Shown one piece after another: positions 1-13,670 of a DNA stretch of 64,000 nucleotides. The stretch comes from Takakia lepidozioides. Its lineage: Eukaryota > Plantae > Bryophyta. Below the pieces are notes generated by a model. That model had not been told where the DNA came from and did not search any database. It saw only the letters and a list, made by a program, of their open reading frames with translations. Location: the NCBI GenBank assembly GCA_030704615.1, contig CM060731.1:59334001-59398000 (forward strand), read 5' to 3'. The stretch's first letter is position 1. The number at the start of each line of letters is the position of its first letter. A program made the position numbers and the translations under genes.

Positions 1-165
1 GGCATACATGTCGACTAGGGTATTGTTCAGAATGACATCCAGTACAATTCCAGCTTTGACGATGTCACCATGGAGCTCTTTGCCCTTTTCCAGGGCTGCC
101 AGGCTCGCACATGCATTGCAAACGCAAACAAACATGGTGTGGTTGGGCTTCACACATCATTTGCT
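1..165 (-). pseudogene. PLS-class PPR fragment
   Basis: Reverse strand encodes ACASLAALEKGKELHGDIVKAGIVLDVILNNTLVDMYA, the same motif set as the PPR arrays at 14338-17120; runs off the window edge. Confidence 0.85.
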
Positions 166-270
166 CATATGTCTCCACAGCATTCCTATCACACACACCC
201 ATGCCACAGGGTAACATCGAAAAAATCACTTCAAATCACGATAGATCCACCCAGCAAGCTTACTTGACTC

Positions 271-3200
271 CTGGAGGATATCTGGACTGTATTAAGGTAA
301 GTCATACTACCGGAGTGAGCCCCTTACAAAGGTAGTTTCTGGTCCCTTTTGTTCCGCCCAAACTGGGCGCAGGGTCTATGGCCACAAGGCTACGGCAAAC
401 AAAGTCTTATGAGTACATCTCTCTCTCTCTCTCAGGTTTGTGCCCACACTGGGGACGTGGCCTGTGGACACAAGGCTACGGCAAACGTCTTGCGAGTACA
501 TTCTCTCTGAGGCCTTGGAGCAATAGTTGCTTTTGGGCTGCTTGCAGAGGGCCCCTATCTATTTCTTGTTTCATTGTCTCTTGTCCCATAAGCTCTATGA
601 GCTTTCTGTGGACGTTATAAAGGTATTGCTTCATTTCATTTCCTTCTCCACGAGTATTCACCTCTTGTAGAGTCTATGTCACATCTTTGGCAAACTGGGA
701 GCTACAACCTCAGTGCTGAAATCAATATTATGTGTTCTGACATGATTTTTCTACCACTCAAGACATCCAATACTCGATTTCCTTTGACCGGATTATACGT
801 CTCTGTGCGCTAGCCTGCGGGACTCAGATGTTCCGCTCATTGATGACATTGCTCACGTATTGGTTTACACTGTGACTAGCAGGGGCTGGGAAACACAGGG
901 ACAAAACCACTCCATTGAATGCATGGTTGCATATGGGATATAATTGACTGTTATAGCCCCTGATTGTCAGTCAAATCAGAGTCTCGGATGAACACAACCC
1001 TATGGTAGTTGTTGCTAGCAAGAAATGACACTCTCATTTACTGGGCGTATACCTGTTCAAGAAGCCAAAACACTATGCCATGGAAATCAATAATTCGCAG
1101 GTAACGGTCCATCCAGCCAGCATCTGCAGGCGCAATTAGATCACACACAGGGGCACTCCACGTGCTGTTGTGACCCAGAAGCTGGATAGTGTCTGCAAGG
1201 CTCGCATTTGCATCTATTTCAATATCTGCACAATCCCACAACATTAGGTTAGTAATCAGACCTGGATGGTTCGTAATTGTAACATATTTAGGTCTACATT
1301 TTGTTGATCATTTCAGTTGTATCCACTTATTTCGACACCTCGGGTACATCCTACAAATGCAAAGGACATATGAGATAGATGTAGATTGAGATAGACATAA
1401 CTAAATGAAATTAGAAATGAAGCAATTTGACATTACTACAAACTGCATGCTAGGGGACCAGGATGCAGGAGAACTTATACCTTTCCACTCGAAAAAGCTT
1501 TTAGACACGTCCACAACTACTCATATCACATACTCATCAAAGACAATGAACCCAGAGAAAACATGACATTTTCTTTTTTAACTCAATTGTCATTGAGCAC
1601 GGTTTCGACTACAAACTAAGCCACATGCACACAATTCGGATTAAGGGTGACCACGTTAGCTGACCATGGTCAGATTCCCATTACTGTCAATCAAGGTCCT
1701 GGCGAAGGCACTCAAATAGATTAAGAATGAAACAGCTCTAGCATTTGGACATCAGAACATACAGAATTGGAAAGGCCACGCGGGAGATTGCCCACCTTTG
1801 CCACGAGGGAGATCGGGGAAAAGACCACATTTTGACTTGATCAAGGGCAGACTTGAGATGTTGGCCAGCAGGCAGTGATCCTGCTCTGCTCTGCTCCACA
1901 GATCCTCCATCTTTTGAGGCGATTGCCATGACTGTACTTGTGACATTTGGTGGAGTAGCTAGAAACTGATTGAAAATGACAAATCATTACCAAATGTTTC
2001 GATACAAAATAAGCAGATCTACGACAAGCATCATAGCTAAGTATATAGCCTAATATGCGCCACACTAGCTAACCAACATAGTGGAGAAAAGAAAAGATTC
2101 AGCTGTCAAGAGACAAGATGGAACTTAAACAAGGCAATGCTAGAGCCTTGTTTGATGCGACTCCGCAGTGCCTTTCCAACATTATCAGCCCAAGAAAATG
2201 GCCCATCAATCCTTGCAACACAACTACTCTCCAATTTGAACCCTGAACCTCTTCCCTCTTGATCACAAACCAACCTCTGTGTAGACATACATAACATGTA
2301 TGCCATGCTACATACATGCCATGGTGATCACGAACCCTAGAAACCCACACTACTTAAACGCTTGAACCTCACTCACCGCGCACAGAGAGCACATCCCGAT
2401 CTTTGGTTTGTCGTTCCTCACCTCCCAGTGCGCGGCCCTCATCAGAAGAGAGACAGAGAAAGGTAGATAGGAGAGATATCCTTGTTGGTTTGCAATATGT
2501 GCAACAGACTGCTCATATTTGTGACATGTCGGGCTGGTCATTGAAGTGGTTATTGGAGTGTCAACGAGGAAGAGGAGAGTGGACGAAGATGATGGTGACG
2601 GCGACAGTCCTTCCCGAACCTGATCAGTCTACCATCCTTAGTTGTGCAATGCTGAGCCAGGGAAGATCTGGATTGGGAAGATTTGGAAGATCTAGTTTAT
2701 AGACGTTTGCAGAATGTTCCTGTTCTTCTACTCCTATCTCCACTCATGAAGGTGGCCTCTGTATGCATCCAAACCACATTTCGTGAATGTATCCTCTTGA
2801 GTCCTTTGAGTCCTGACGATGTCTGTGGAGAGGTGAATGATCAGTTCCTACTCCTCGAATAACCTCTCCACAGACATCGCTAGGACTCAAAGAACTCAAC
2901 GTTCAGTTATTTTTTCACAAATACAGGTCCACACAGAAGGCGAATCTAAACTGAGAGGAGCTACCCCGCAAGCGCTAACGAGCTTTAAACCTGTCAGGAG
3001 CTTTCTGCCCTGTCAGCCATGCGGATTTCTATGTTCTAGATAGCTTCAGTATTGTTGTAGCAAAGCTCTCCTTCATTTTCATTTCTAGTTCTCTAGTCCC
3101 CCCCTGTTATTTCTTGAGATGCTTTGGCTCTGCTATATAGAGCCGGTGGCTCCTGGTGTTCTTAGCTGAGGCCTAGAAGGCTGATAGCTTCCTAGCTCTC

Positions 3201-5455
3201 AGCTTTTTTCATAGCCAAGGTTCATAGCTTGCTGTTATATGTGAACCTGTTGGCAGTAGCAGCCTGCTGAAGTTAGGTCTACCCAATCATTTTTTTTTAC
3301 GACTGCCTCTTGGTCTCATGTTATGGTGAATTTGTCCATAACCTCTATCGCAAAAGTAAAACAACATGAATACATTGACCAGTTACTGACCTCAAATTTT
3401 CACTGTCATCACCTCCATTCACCACCTCCTTTTTGACTAGCTGATGGTCCAGACCCATGAGCTCCCTTGCTGGACTAATTCGTTTGGACACATCAAAGAC
3501 CTTTTAAGGATAGAAAAATGTTTGACCACGCGGTCTCTCTCACAATACATCCCACATGTCTGACAGTGATGTCTTCCATACACTAAAGGTCTACACTCTT
3601 TTACCGCTAGCACCTTCCTTAATACTGTGAGTGAACATGCAGAATGCATCATAGCAGAATAAATACAACCGCATGTACAGTGAAAATAAGGAAGAAGTGC
3701 AAGAGAGCCGAAAGCAAAAATCAGAATGAAGACAAACTAAGGGACAACTAGCCAATGGAATCAGCTATGTGGAAAATTGCTAATTACCAGTAGAACATCA
3801 AATCAAAGATCACACAAAGTGATGAAGGGAGACAACAACTAAGTTGGAACAGTGCTGATCTAGTTGCAGGGATGAAGTAGACCGATCATATGATCAACCA
3901 AGTGCTTGCATATACTATGCATCTGGTAGAAGCAGCAACAAATAGACTGAATTGATGTAATGGATCTCGACCGAAAATGAAGAGAACGAAGACGGACTGT
4001 GCGTACAAGTGATAAAGCTAGAGCCAGAACGTTGGGAAAGAGCCTGCAAGCGGAAGTGGATCAACCAGCGTTAGGAAGAATAGTCACGCAAGAGTTGGGA
4101 CGATGTGACGATGAGCGATTGAAGAAGCCTAAGGGCTCATAGTTGATGCCTAAGTTGCACAATATCAGCGTGACAGGTGATGCTTAATTCTCACATTTCA
4201 GCGGAGTCGATGCGAAGTGATCGGCCGTTTTGCAGACAACTGGGATTGGGTAGAGAGATCAGAGATTTTGCGAGAAGCCTCCGCCCCGCGAAATGGATGC
4301 AATGTGGGAGAACGATTATCGATGTCCAGCGTTTCACAAGCCTAAGCATGCAAAGCGATGCGTTCAGCGGAAGAGCCTGAGCCTACGCAGGAAAGCCCAA
4401 GCCAAGGGAAAGGCCAGCTTGCAAGGTGATCCATGGCGGAAAAACCGAGTTCACATACAACATTCGCAGATCGCACTCCTTCGCTTCAGCCGCCGCTGCT
4501 TCCTCATCACCCCGCCCATCGCTTTGCAAGTGCGCTCTCAACTCCCCTCTGCGATGAGCCTTCACTTAGCCGCTGCCCTCCAGGCTCACCTGCACACCCA
4601 TTTATGTACTGCCCGTTTACGTACTCTAGGGTTTTACTTGCAATTCAGTCCACAATCATCACACTGCCTTCACAACTTGATAATCACCATTTTCAGTTAC
4701 AGTAAGTGAAGTTGTATTTGTTGTTCGGTTGGAGAGCCCGTTTAGTGCCATGGCATCCGCTAAACTGTTAGTCATGCAACTTCCATGTCACTCCACGTCG
4801 CTCCTTCAACTTCCATGTCACTCCCAATCTCAATTTTAATTTTACTGCACTCGGTTTGAACTTTGGCATTGTGTTGCTGATACACAAAATGTGTGTAACT
4901 GCCACGTGTGTGGGCCCAGCGCAGCCGTGCAGTGATGACTCTGATGAGTGAGACCGACATTGATACTTGTGGCAGGCAATGTACTCGTGTTTATGGCACA
5001 TTTAGGGCGCACCTGCAAAGGCTCCAGGTGGGGGTAAAAGGACGGCATGTGCTGTGGTACATTCCAGGATTTGAGTCTGGCATCACTTAAGTACCTGACA
5101 GTTAATGGTAGCCAGAATTTGAACCCAGAACCACCCAGGTGGATTGCAGTGGCCGGCCAACAAACAAAGTACTTGTCAGGGTGGTGGTGTCTGGAGTGTG
5201 CCGCAAGTGCCACCTCCGTACCGACTTAACACACGTCTTTGTCGCTTGGACGATGGGTGTGATGGCAGAGAGACAGCGTGGATGGATGAAATATCAACAT
5301 CCATCCACCCACCATCACCATCACTCTGCCCACCGTGTTGTTGACAACCAAGTATCTAACCAACTTATGGCTCTGTGTGATAGAAACACGCAATGGAGAT
5401 TCCAAGTGACATTATTTTTGGCTGTTAGTTATGGCAAGCCCACCGTAGCATTCAA
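271..5455 (+). repeat. Segmental duplication unit, copy A (about 5.2 kb)
   Basis: Colinear with 55161-61608, with 40644-44307 (partial) and, inverted, with 62830-64000; ORF-track entries 4768..5001, 43620..43853 and 60968..61201 are identical. Confidence 0.9.
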
Positions 5456-5625
5456 CTTAAATTAGTGAGCGCAACTCTTACTTCAAGTTCTGGCCTGGTC
5501 TTTTGTGTATCCCCCTTCGCCCAAAAAAAAGAAAAACAGTATTGGCATGTTTCATCTATTGCAAGCTTGAACCCTAAAGGAAGTCCTTGGAAGTTGGCCT
5601 CTTGAGTTAAAATATGGGTCTGGAG

Positions 5626-6444
5626 CAGTGTTGGGCGGTTCTTGCATTTGTGAAGGAACCTTCGGTTCCGGTTCCACAATTATTTCAAGAGACGGTTCCG
5701 GGTTTTTTTTATTGAGCCGGTTCCGGTCCGGTTCCGGATCCAACTTTTAAACATGGGGGCATTTCCGGTTACCCGTTAGTTGCTGATAAAAACCATCGGT
5801 TCCGGTAAGGTTCCGGTTCTATTTTTAAAATATATTTGTTTAATTTAATTAGATTTAAAATATTTTATCAGTCCGGTAGATTAAATAGTAGTGTATTCAC
5901 ATATTTGAACTAAAATCCAATGATTTTGTTAGGTTTCACTGAACACAAAAAAAAAAAAAAAAAAAAAAAAACTCTAAATAAACTGGTAGAAGAAAATGGG
6001 TAAAATTTTATGGGTTGAAAGTACTATTCAGCTACTTGGCAAGTATTGGCATCTTCAAACATTTTATTAATGAACTTAGCGAGGATATCATGGAGCTGGA
6101 GATTGAACCCAAGATCTCATGGCGCTGAAGCATTGAACATAGAATCTCATGGCCTTCAAGCATTGAACCCAGGATCTCAGGAGCTTGAGAGCATTAAATA
6201 AGTTTTGCCCTGGGCCCACCAGCCCCACCAAGGGGTCAAGAACCTAAACCCTTTTTTTATCCCCTGCGCCCAGTTCTCCAGTTCTCACACCCAGCAAGAA
6301 CCGCGGTTCGGTTCTGCGCGGATCCCCATTGGCAGGTTCCGGGTCAGGTTATGTAGGAATGGGCCCGGTTCCGGTCTGGTTCCGGTTAACCTGAACCTGA
6401 ACCGGCGGTTAACCTGGGTCCCGGCGGGTAACCGCCCAACACTG
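5626..6444. mobile_element. hAT-type MITE
   Basis: TIR CAGTGTTGGGCGGTT/AACCGCCCAACACTG; 8-bp TSD gtctggag/gtatggag; many subterminal GGTTCC/GAACCG motifs; inverted sister copy at 52707-53550; empty site near 39130. Confidence 0.9.
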
Positions 6445-6452
6445 GTATGGAG

Positions 6453-6725
6453 TCTGGAGTGGGTTCATAGATTTTCACCCTTGATCTCTGCCGTTGGGAG
6501 AATCTTGCAGCATCCAGGGATTTGGTTGGATGGGGATGATTCCTCAACCAAAATAGTATGCTTCCCTCTCTCTAATGCAGCTTTTGAAAAAATAAGAGGG
6601 CTGACGTGGGTGAATCTTTGCCCAAGATTACTCCTGTTTTGGGTAAGTTGGACGAGTCTTGTGGGTCTAGCGCCTGTTGACAAGTGCCTCCTATTTGAGG
6701 ACTCATGTTGTGGGTCTACATAACT
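6453..6725. repeat. Dispersed repeat, inverted copy at about 38855-39172
   Basis: ORF-track translations share ...SLEWVHRFSPLISAVGRILQHPGIWLDGDDSSTKIVCFPL... (6205..6723 + versus 38902..39288 -). Confidence 0.8.
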
Positions 6726-9700
6726 TTGAAGATATACTGCACTCTCTGGCTTTAATTCACATTGTTTTTGGGATATTGTGGGGGCATAGCTAACCCACAC
6801 ATCTACTATAGGGTTTCTTGAAAAAGTTCGGAAAAACTTTTCTTCCTTGGGAGGTTGCTTGGAGTTTCACCTTTCATAACCCTATGTAGACCCATACAAA
6901 GCAGTTGCCGATATGGAAAAACCTCATTGAGACCTGCACTTTGGCAAAGTGGTACGCAGTCCACCAATGAATTGGAATATATGAAAATTCACACTGGTCA
7001 AAAGTAATTTTCATTAAGGCCAAGCAAAGGACATCCACCCAAAGTCTTTTGTGCAACAAGGGCTCCATGGTCTTGCACCCTAAGTTAGACTCATTGTCAA
7101 CCAGCCACTGGCATCACGGACCCAAGGAGTATCCCTTTGAGAGTCATGAGGCTGTGTCCTAGAAGTTATAGCATGCTGACACACAGCTCAAAGCACTGTT
7201 CCTTGCATCCAAGGTATCAGAACATGGGTCAGAATGTGGTTTCTTTTGTTGGCAATACCCTCATTCTTTTTCCAGGTATGCGATAAATTCTTCTCACCAG
7301 TAGATGGCAAAATCATTTTGCACAATATATCTTTTGTTGCTTGTAAACTACAGAATTGTGAATTGCAAAGACATTTGTAATCCAGAAACTTCAGCCTGCA
7401 GGGATCTTTGGGTGGCCAGTGTTCAAAGTGTCGTCCAATTTTCCACCAATGCTCTCTATCACCTTGCGCAACCACCTTGAAATCATGTGTCAACTGATGT
7501 CTCAAAAAGGTCTGTTCTCCTTGAAGGGAAGGAACTTCCTATTTTTCTTTTGGTTTGTTGGTGCTCGGTTTTCAAAAGAAACTATGTAAATTGGTTGTAA
7601 CAGCTTTAGATGCAGTATATGCTTTTGCAGGTTCCTACTCTGTCTGTGACATGTGATTGTCTTTGTTTGTCTTGCAATGAAGGTGATCAAAGAAACATAG
7701 GGATACTATTTTGTAGCAATGGAGATGGAGTCAACATTGGTGTTGGCAAGGAAAGCCCAGCACGAACATAGGTGCTGGCAGAGCCTCCCTATACAATGCT
7801 GGCTGTGTTTACCCTACATTGCTTAGGTTTAGTCAAGTGCAGGCAATGGAGATGTTTCAGGGGCCCGCCTAGCAGCCCAAAAGGACAATTTAGTGAAACT
7901 CAGGATTTCATGCACCGTTCCACTTATTGCCAGTGTCATTTGATTGGTGGTGTTACCAACAGATTTCTTCCCGTCTCTACTGTCACAGATTTATACGTCT
8001 TGCTATCTTTCCCTACAGAAATCACACCTGACTCAGACGCGAATCTCTGGATGCCATGACACTCGGTGAATTACATTGATGGCCTGGTATTGCTGTTGAC
8101 AAGGTAAAGGTCTTAAGGGTGCTTGCATGTGCAACAGCCAAATATTGGAGCTGTTCAAGTTCAGCCATGAGCCCAGGTTTGGAGAAACCGGCTTTTTCCA
8201 CGGATATGTCATCTCACACCTGGCACATTCCACGGCTTTTATCATGGGTCTGTAGAGTGAGCCAAGGTGTGGGTCAAAATATGCCCTAACTGTGGGGTGT
8301 CTCACATGTGATCCACACCCGAGGCAAAAACGGTGTGAAAATAGCCATGAGCGTGGCGGGAGTTGGCTTAGTTTACATGGCATGTTACACACGTGTGTGA
8401 AATGGGACCATAGAATTCCACATTGTGGTGTATGGGGAGTTTGAGAATGATGCCCTTGGAAAATGATCATGAGCTTCATGTTCATGTTTAGAAATCTGCA
8501 CAATGGGCTACTAGCAAGTGAAGAATTACCCCCTGCTACACCGCATTTTCAATCTCTACAATATGAAGTCTATAATGCCCTTGGTGAAATGAGCATGGGG
8601 ATCGCATTCAAAGGTGGCCCGCAACCTATGACACAACTAGGACAAACAGGCATAGGCATGATTTACACTTTTTGCCACAAATCACTTGCATCATCCTTAC
8701 ATTGAACTCCTTGTTTATGTGACATGCTTGGACTTTGTCATCTCACACATCAAAGAAAAAACCAGAATATTTTGAAAAAATCCATAGAATTTTAACAAGA
8801 GACCAAAAAGGAAACCCAGGTCTAGGTGGGTAGCATGGTGAGTCTCTATGCAAGGTGATTTATTTTAAATTGTAAGTGGTTTCAACAACTTCATTAGCAA
8901 CTCCACAATTATATTTTAAATTCATGTAAATTGAAATATATAAATTAGTATTAGATAGAAATAGTTGTTTTAACTACTCATGACTATGAACCTTACCCAA
9001 TAAATAAATTAACCAGGGCCTTTGTACCTTGTTATATATATACGTTTTGCACCCTAACATAGCTAAAAATACCTTCACATAATTACATGGACCATATAAT
9101 TATTTTATATAATGTTAGGGTGCAAAACGTTCAAAAACTTCAAAAGTTGGCTCGAATTTAGGGCTACTAGGTCGTGGTGTGCAGGGCTGGGACATAGTGT
9201 TTTTTTGGGGTCCGGTCTTCTTAGTGCCAAGCATCGTGATAGCAGGAACTCGAGGACAATGTGGTGAGGGCACCTTCTTCTTCGACCTATTTCAGCCTGT
9301 TTTGCCCTCTCATCAGACTCGGCCCTGAATTTGCAGCACGGAGCAGAGCTGGCATGAGTTTTACCCTTCATGATGGTGGGACAACAGCCATGAGTTTTCC
9401 AAGGATACGAAGGGTGTGTTCGACGAAATGGCTGCCAAGATGTGGTGTCGTGGAATGCAATGATCGCAGTGTGGTATGAAGGCTTTGGAGACATATGAGG
9501 AAATGATGTCTGACAGGTTGAACAATAACGCAGGCTGTGTTCAATCTTTGCCCACTCAACTGCACCGTGGTGGTTCTCACTGACCAATCCGACATTACCA
9601 GGCTATAGACACAAGCAACACACACAAGAAGTCCTCTTGGATTCATGGTCAGTCAAATCCTCCATGGGTCATGACACAAGGTCGAGGATAATGTGGTGAG

Positions 9701-10559
9701 GGCACTTTCTTCTTCGACCTATTTCAGCCTGTTTTTCCCTCTCATCAGACTCGGCCTTGAATTTGCAGCACGGAGCAGAGCTGTCATGAGTTTCTTCACG
9801 ATGGTGGGACAATCGCAATCGCAAGGTGTGGTTTTTTTTTTAATATAGGATGTAGAGAAGTTTGTCCATCCTACATTAAATGTGGGCTTTTGGCTCCTGT
9901 TAGTACCATGCTTTGGTATTCTTCCTGATGTTTACAAGGTTCTTGGGAGAATCAGCTTGGTCTTAGTAGGCCATGTTTCAATCTTTGCTCGCTCAGCTGC
10001 ACCGTGGTGGTTCTCACGGACCAATCCGACATTACTTGACTGTACAGACACAAGCAGCACACACCAGAGGTTCTTTTGGGTTGGTGATCGGTCATAACCT
10101 CCATGGGTCATGACACAAGGTCAAGTCCACAATGTGGTGAGGGCACCTTCTTCTTCAACCTATTTTTGCCCCCTTTGCCCTCTCATCAGACTCGTCCCTG
10201 AATGTTTGGTGATAAAGCCCTAGTTTGTCTTTTGCTCTTTTAACTCTATAGTATAATTATCAGATGGAGGAGGGTCAAAGATAGCTGAAGGAGCAGGGAT
10301 AGAGAGTGGGTCCAGATTCATCCAAGAGGGCCAGATTTCAAGCACTATGATTTCCTGTGGATCCATTGTTACAAGAAACTTGCATGGGTAGATGGTGAAC
10401 TGGAAGCTACAGCAGCAGCGGCATGTGCAATTGAAAAACTTAGGCACTACTAATGAAGGCAACCTTCTTCAACACATTTCACCCTGTTTTTCCCTCTTAT
10501 CAAAATTGGCCCTAAATTTTCATGTTGAATTCTGCAGGTTACTGGTTGAGTGAACCTTT

Positions 10560-11000
10560 GATAGTTTGCAATGCGTGTGCAAGCCTGGCAGCTCTGGAGA
10601 ACGGCAAAGAGGTCCATGGCGACATTGTCAGAGCTGCAATTGTACCACATGTCATTCTGATCAACAAGTCGTCAAAGCTGGAATTGTACCAGATGTCATC
10701 CAGAACACTGCCCTGGTGGACATGTTTGCCAAATGTGGGTGCATTCAGGATGCAAATGGAGTTTTCCATACTCTGGCTGAAAGAGATGTGGTGTCGTGCA
10801 ACGCGATGCTTGCAGGGTATGCACAACAAGGGCACGAGATGGAGGCTTTGGAGACCTATGAGCAAATGATTGGGAAAAGGTGAAGCCCGACCACATCAGG
10901 TTTGTGTGCGTTTGTAGTGATTGTGCAAGCCTGGCAGCCCTGGAAAAGGGCAAAGAAATGCACGGTTGCATCGCCAAAGCTAGAATTGTACCAGATGTGA
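10560..11000 (+). pseudogene. PLS-class PPR fragment
   Basis: NTALVDMFAKCGCIQDANGVFHTLAERDVVSCNAMLAGYAQQG; frameshifted. Confidence 0.85.
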
Positions 11001-11262
11001 TTCCCTGTGGATCAATAGCTACAAGAAACCTGCATGGGTAGATGATCAACTGAAGGCTGCAGCTGCAACGGCACAGTTGATAAAACCAGACACCTCAACC
11101 ATGACCACAGCTTCTGAAAGAGGATCAAGAGAGGGAGTCCACAATGCCTCTTCTGGAACTTCTGGGCATGTGAAGATACTTTGCGGCAGGCAGACTAACA
11201 GAGGCTCTACAAACTTTAACCAATGAGGCATTTCAGCAAATTCAGGTACGTATGTCTGTCTC

Positions 11263-11830
11263 TTGCTTAAGTGCATCAAGATGGAAGGTCTGGAAGCTGG
11301 AAAGCAGGTGCACACTCACATAATCCAAAGTGGATTCACGCCAAATGTTTTTCTACTCAACACCCTTGTCTCCATGTATGTTAAGTGCGGGAGCATCATG
11401 GAGGCTCACCAAATGTTCAACAGAATGCCTCAACGATCTTTGATCACGTGGAATATAATGTTGGCAGGAGTTACCAAGCATGGGTGTGGTAGGAATGCTT
11501 TGGAGACCTATGAGCAACTGCTGCGTGAAGGGGTGAAGCCCAACCACATCACATTTGTTTGTAATGCATGTGCAAGCCTGGGAGCTCTGGAAAAGGGCAA
11601 AGGGGTCCATGGTGACATCGTCAAATCTGGAATTGTACCCGATGTCATTCTGAACAGTGCCCTGGTGGACTGCATGTATGCCAAATGTGGGTGCATCGAG
11701 GATGCAAAGGAAGTGTTCGATAGTATGGTTGAACGAGATGCGGTGTCGTGGAGTGCGATGATTGCAGGATATGCACAGCAGCGGATGGAGGCTTTGGAGA
11801 CCTATGAGCAATGATGCGGGAAGGGGTGAT
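11263..11830 (+). pseudogene. PLS-class PPR fragment (183-aa ORF)
   Basis: L-S-P motifs: GKQVHTHIIQSGFTPNVFLLNTLVSMYVKCGSIMEAHQMFNRMPQRSLITWNIML; truncated and joined to a PDF half-motif. Confidence 0.88.
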
Positions 11831-12567
11831 TCCCTGTGGAAAAATAGCTCCCAGAAACCTGCATGGGTAGATGGTCAACTGGAAGCCGCAGCAGCAGCGG
11901 CACAATTGATAAAATCAGGCAATGCTAATGAATGCACCTTCTTCAACACATTTCACTCTGTTTTCCCCTCTTATCATAATCGCCCTAAATTTTCATGTTT
12001 CAAGAATTCTGTAAGTTAGCTGGTTGAGTGAACCTTTGATAGTTTGGAATGACTTTGACATGATATTGCCGAAGTGACAATAAGAAAGTATCCAGAAATA
12101 GGTAACAGAGAGGAGAAGCTTTGGAATGAATATTTTTCTGACCCCAGTCAATGGTGGGACAACCGTCTTGGAAGGTAAATGCCTGTGGATTACAGAGTGG
12201 TATATGCACTTGAGAATAGGAACTGGTGTGATAAGTTGAGTTGGGTGTTTGCTGGAACCAATCTAGGCTGCCATTGTCAGCTGCTAACAGATTCATGAGC
12301 GCCAGATGCTTGCATTCATGAATGTGTCTACTGCTGTGGTAGGATCTCTAAATTCCCTAAGATGTCACCATGCACCCCATGAAAAAAGCCACCCGTGGAA
12401 AAAGCCTCCCGTGGACTTTTCCACAGGGCCACCCGAGAGCCAGGCCGTCCACGAGGTGTCCGAAAGCACTAGCCGTTTCTTACACCCACGGCAGGTGTGG
12501 ACTCCGGCTGATTCCACAGCAAAAAGTGTGGAAGAAGCCGTGGAAAAAGCCGGTTTCTCTTCTAGTG

Positions 12568-12710
12568 GGGAGCGACAACTCACAAATCAGGCCCCTTGAT
12601 AGAGAGAGGAGAAAATAACCTCTCACTAACCTTGCCGTAAGGCTTTCCGATGCGACACTGCGCAGGGAAGGGGGAGAAGAGCGTACCACACCCGTCAAGT
12701 AGCATGATTT
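12568..12710 (-). mobile_element. 5'-truncated tRNA-derived SINE
   Basis: Matches the body and tail (...GATTTGTGAGTTGTCGCTCCC) of the fuller copies at 44341-44550 and 62359-62555. Confidence 0.7.
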
Positions 12711-13299
12711 TGTTGAGTTTCCAGTGTATAACATCAGCAACATTAAAAGTTTGAGGGTTATCAAGTATGAATCTCCGCATGGTGTGACATGTGGTGGTTG
12801 CTCATCTATATCACTTGGATCCACATTGAGGTCAAAATCATGAAGACAAAAAAAAAACCCTAAAAACCCTCCACGTGAAAACGGTAAGGGACAAGAGAAC
12901 ACCCAAAAAAATTGTTCTCATGTTCCTTACGTATGTTCCCAATGTCCCAAGCCCAAAGGTTGGTAGGTCCCACCATCATTAAAATAGTATAAACCTCCTT
13001 AATATGACAAAGTAGGGGTCTTGGAGTGTCATAATAAAGGGAGTCATAGTCATATAATAGGGGCAAGAACTACGCTTACCCGACGAGTTTAAGGCAAGCG
13101 TGTGAGGTGGTGGGGCCGCTGGCCTGAGCTCATGGAGGCTCCGGCAGACCACCTATCAAATCTCTTCCCCCATTGTGAAGGTGGGGAGCGCTCCACACCT
13201 CCTGCTCCCTCCTCACGCTCCCCACCTTTAGGACCATGTTCCCAAACATTCTCCAATTTGGCTCCCTTGTTCCCGGTCCAAGATCCTTGCTCCCCATAG

Positions 13300-13670
13300 T
13301 GGGACAAGGTAGCGAGGACCACAAACAGGGGGAGCGAGCCGCATTCCACAGGGCGAGTAGGGGAGCAAGATTAGGAACATGGGAGTGAGCCGCGTTCCAT
13401 AGAGCGAGGAGGGGGAGCGAGCCGCATTCCACATGGCGAATAGGGGAGCGGGGACCGGGAACCGGAGGCGAGAAGGGGAGCAAGATCAGGAACAGGGGAG
13501 TTGTTCCATAGGACGAGGAGGGGAGCGAGGACCGGGAACAGGGGAGCGAGCTGACGTTCCATAAGGCGAGGAGGGGAGCGGGGACCAAGAACAGGGGAGC
13601 GAGGACAAGGGCTAGGGATAGGGGAGCGGGACTGGGAACAAGGAGGGGACAGAGGGAACAGGGGAGTGTA
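13300..13670. repeat. Degenerate G-rich minisatellite (GGGGAGCG/AACAGGGGAG units)
   Basis: Recurrent AGGGGAGC motif at irregular short spacing; explains the low-complexity ORFs 13089-13744. Confidence 0.75.

Larger units (their letters stand above)
9330..12175 (+). pseudogene. Scattered exons of an OSB-type organellar ssDNA-binding protein (PDF motifs)
   Basis: EEKLWNEYFSDPSQWWDNRLG then a GT donor (12110-12174); IHPRGPDFKHYDFLWIHCYKKLAWVDGEL after an AG (from 10316); SSRWWDNRNRK then GT (about 9793-9825); SLWINSYKKPAWVDDQL (about 11002-11052). Confidence 0.75.

Noticed and set aside
7000-8750. Old LINE-like remnants (also about 39380-40230 and 46300-47000)
   Set aside because: Only vague Trp/Cys-rich fragments; no diagnostic RT or endonuclease motif readable
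12306-12566. Helitron 3' end (ends in CTAGT)
   Set aside because: No convincing hairpin, 5' end or second copy in the window
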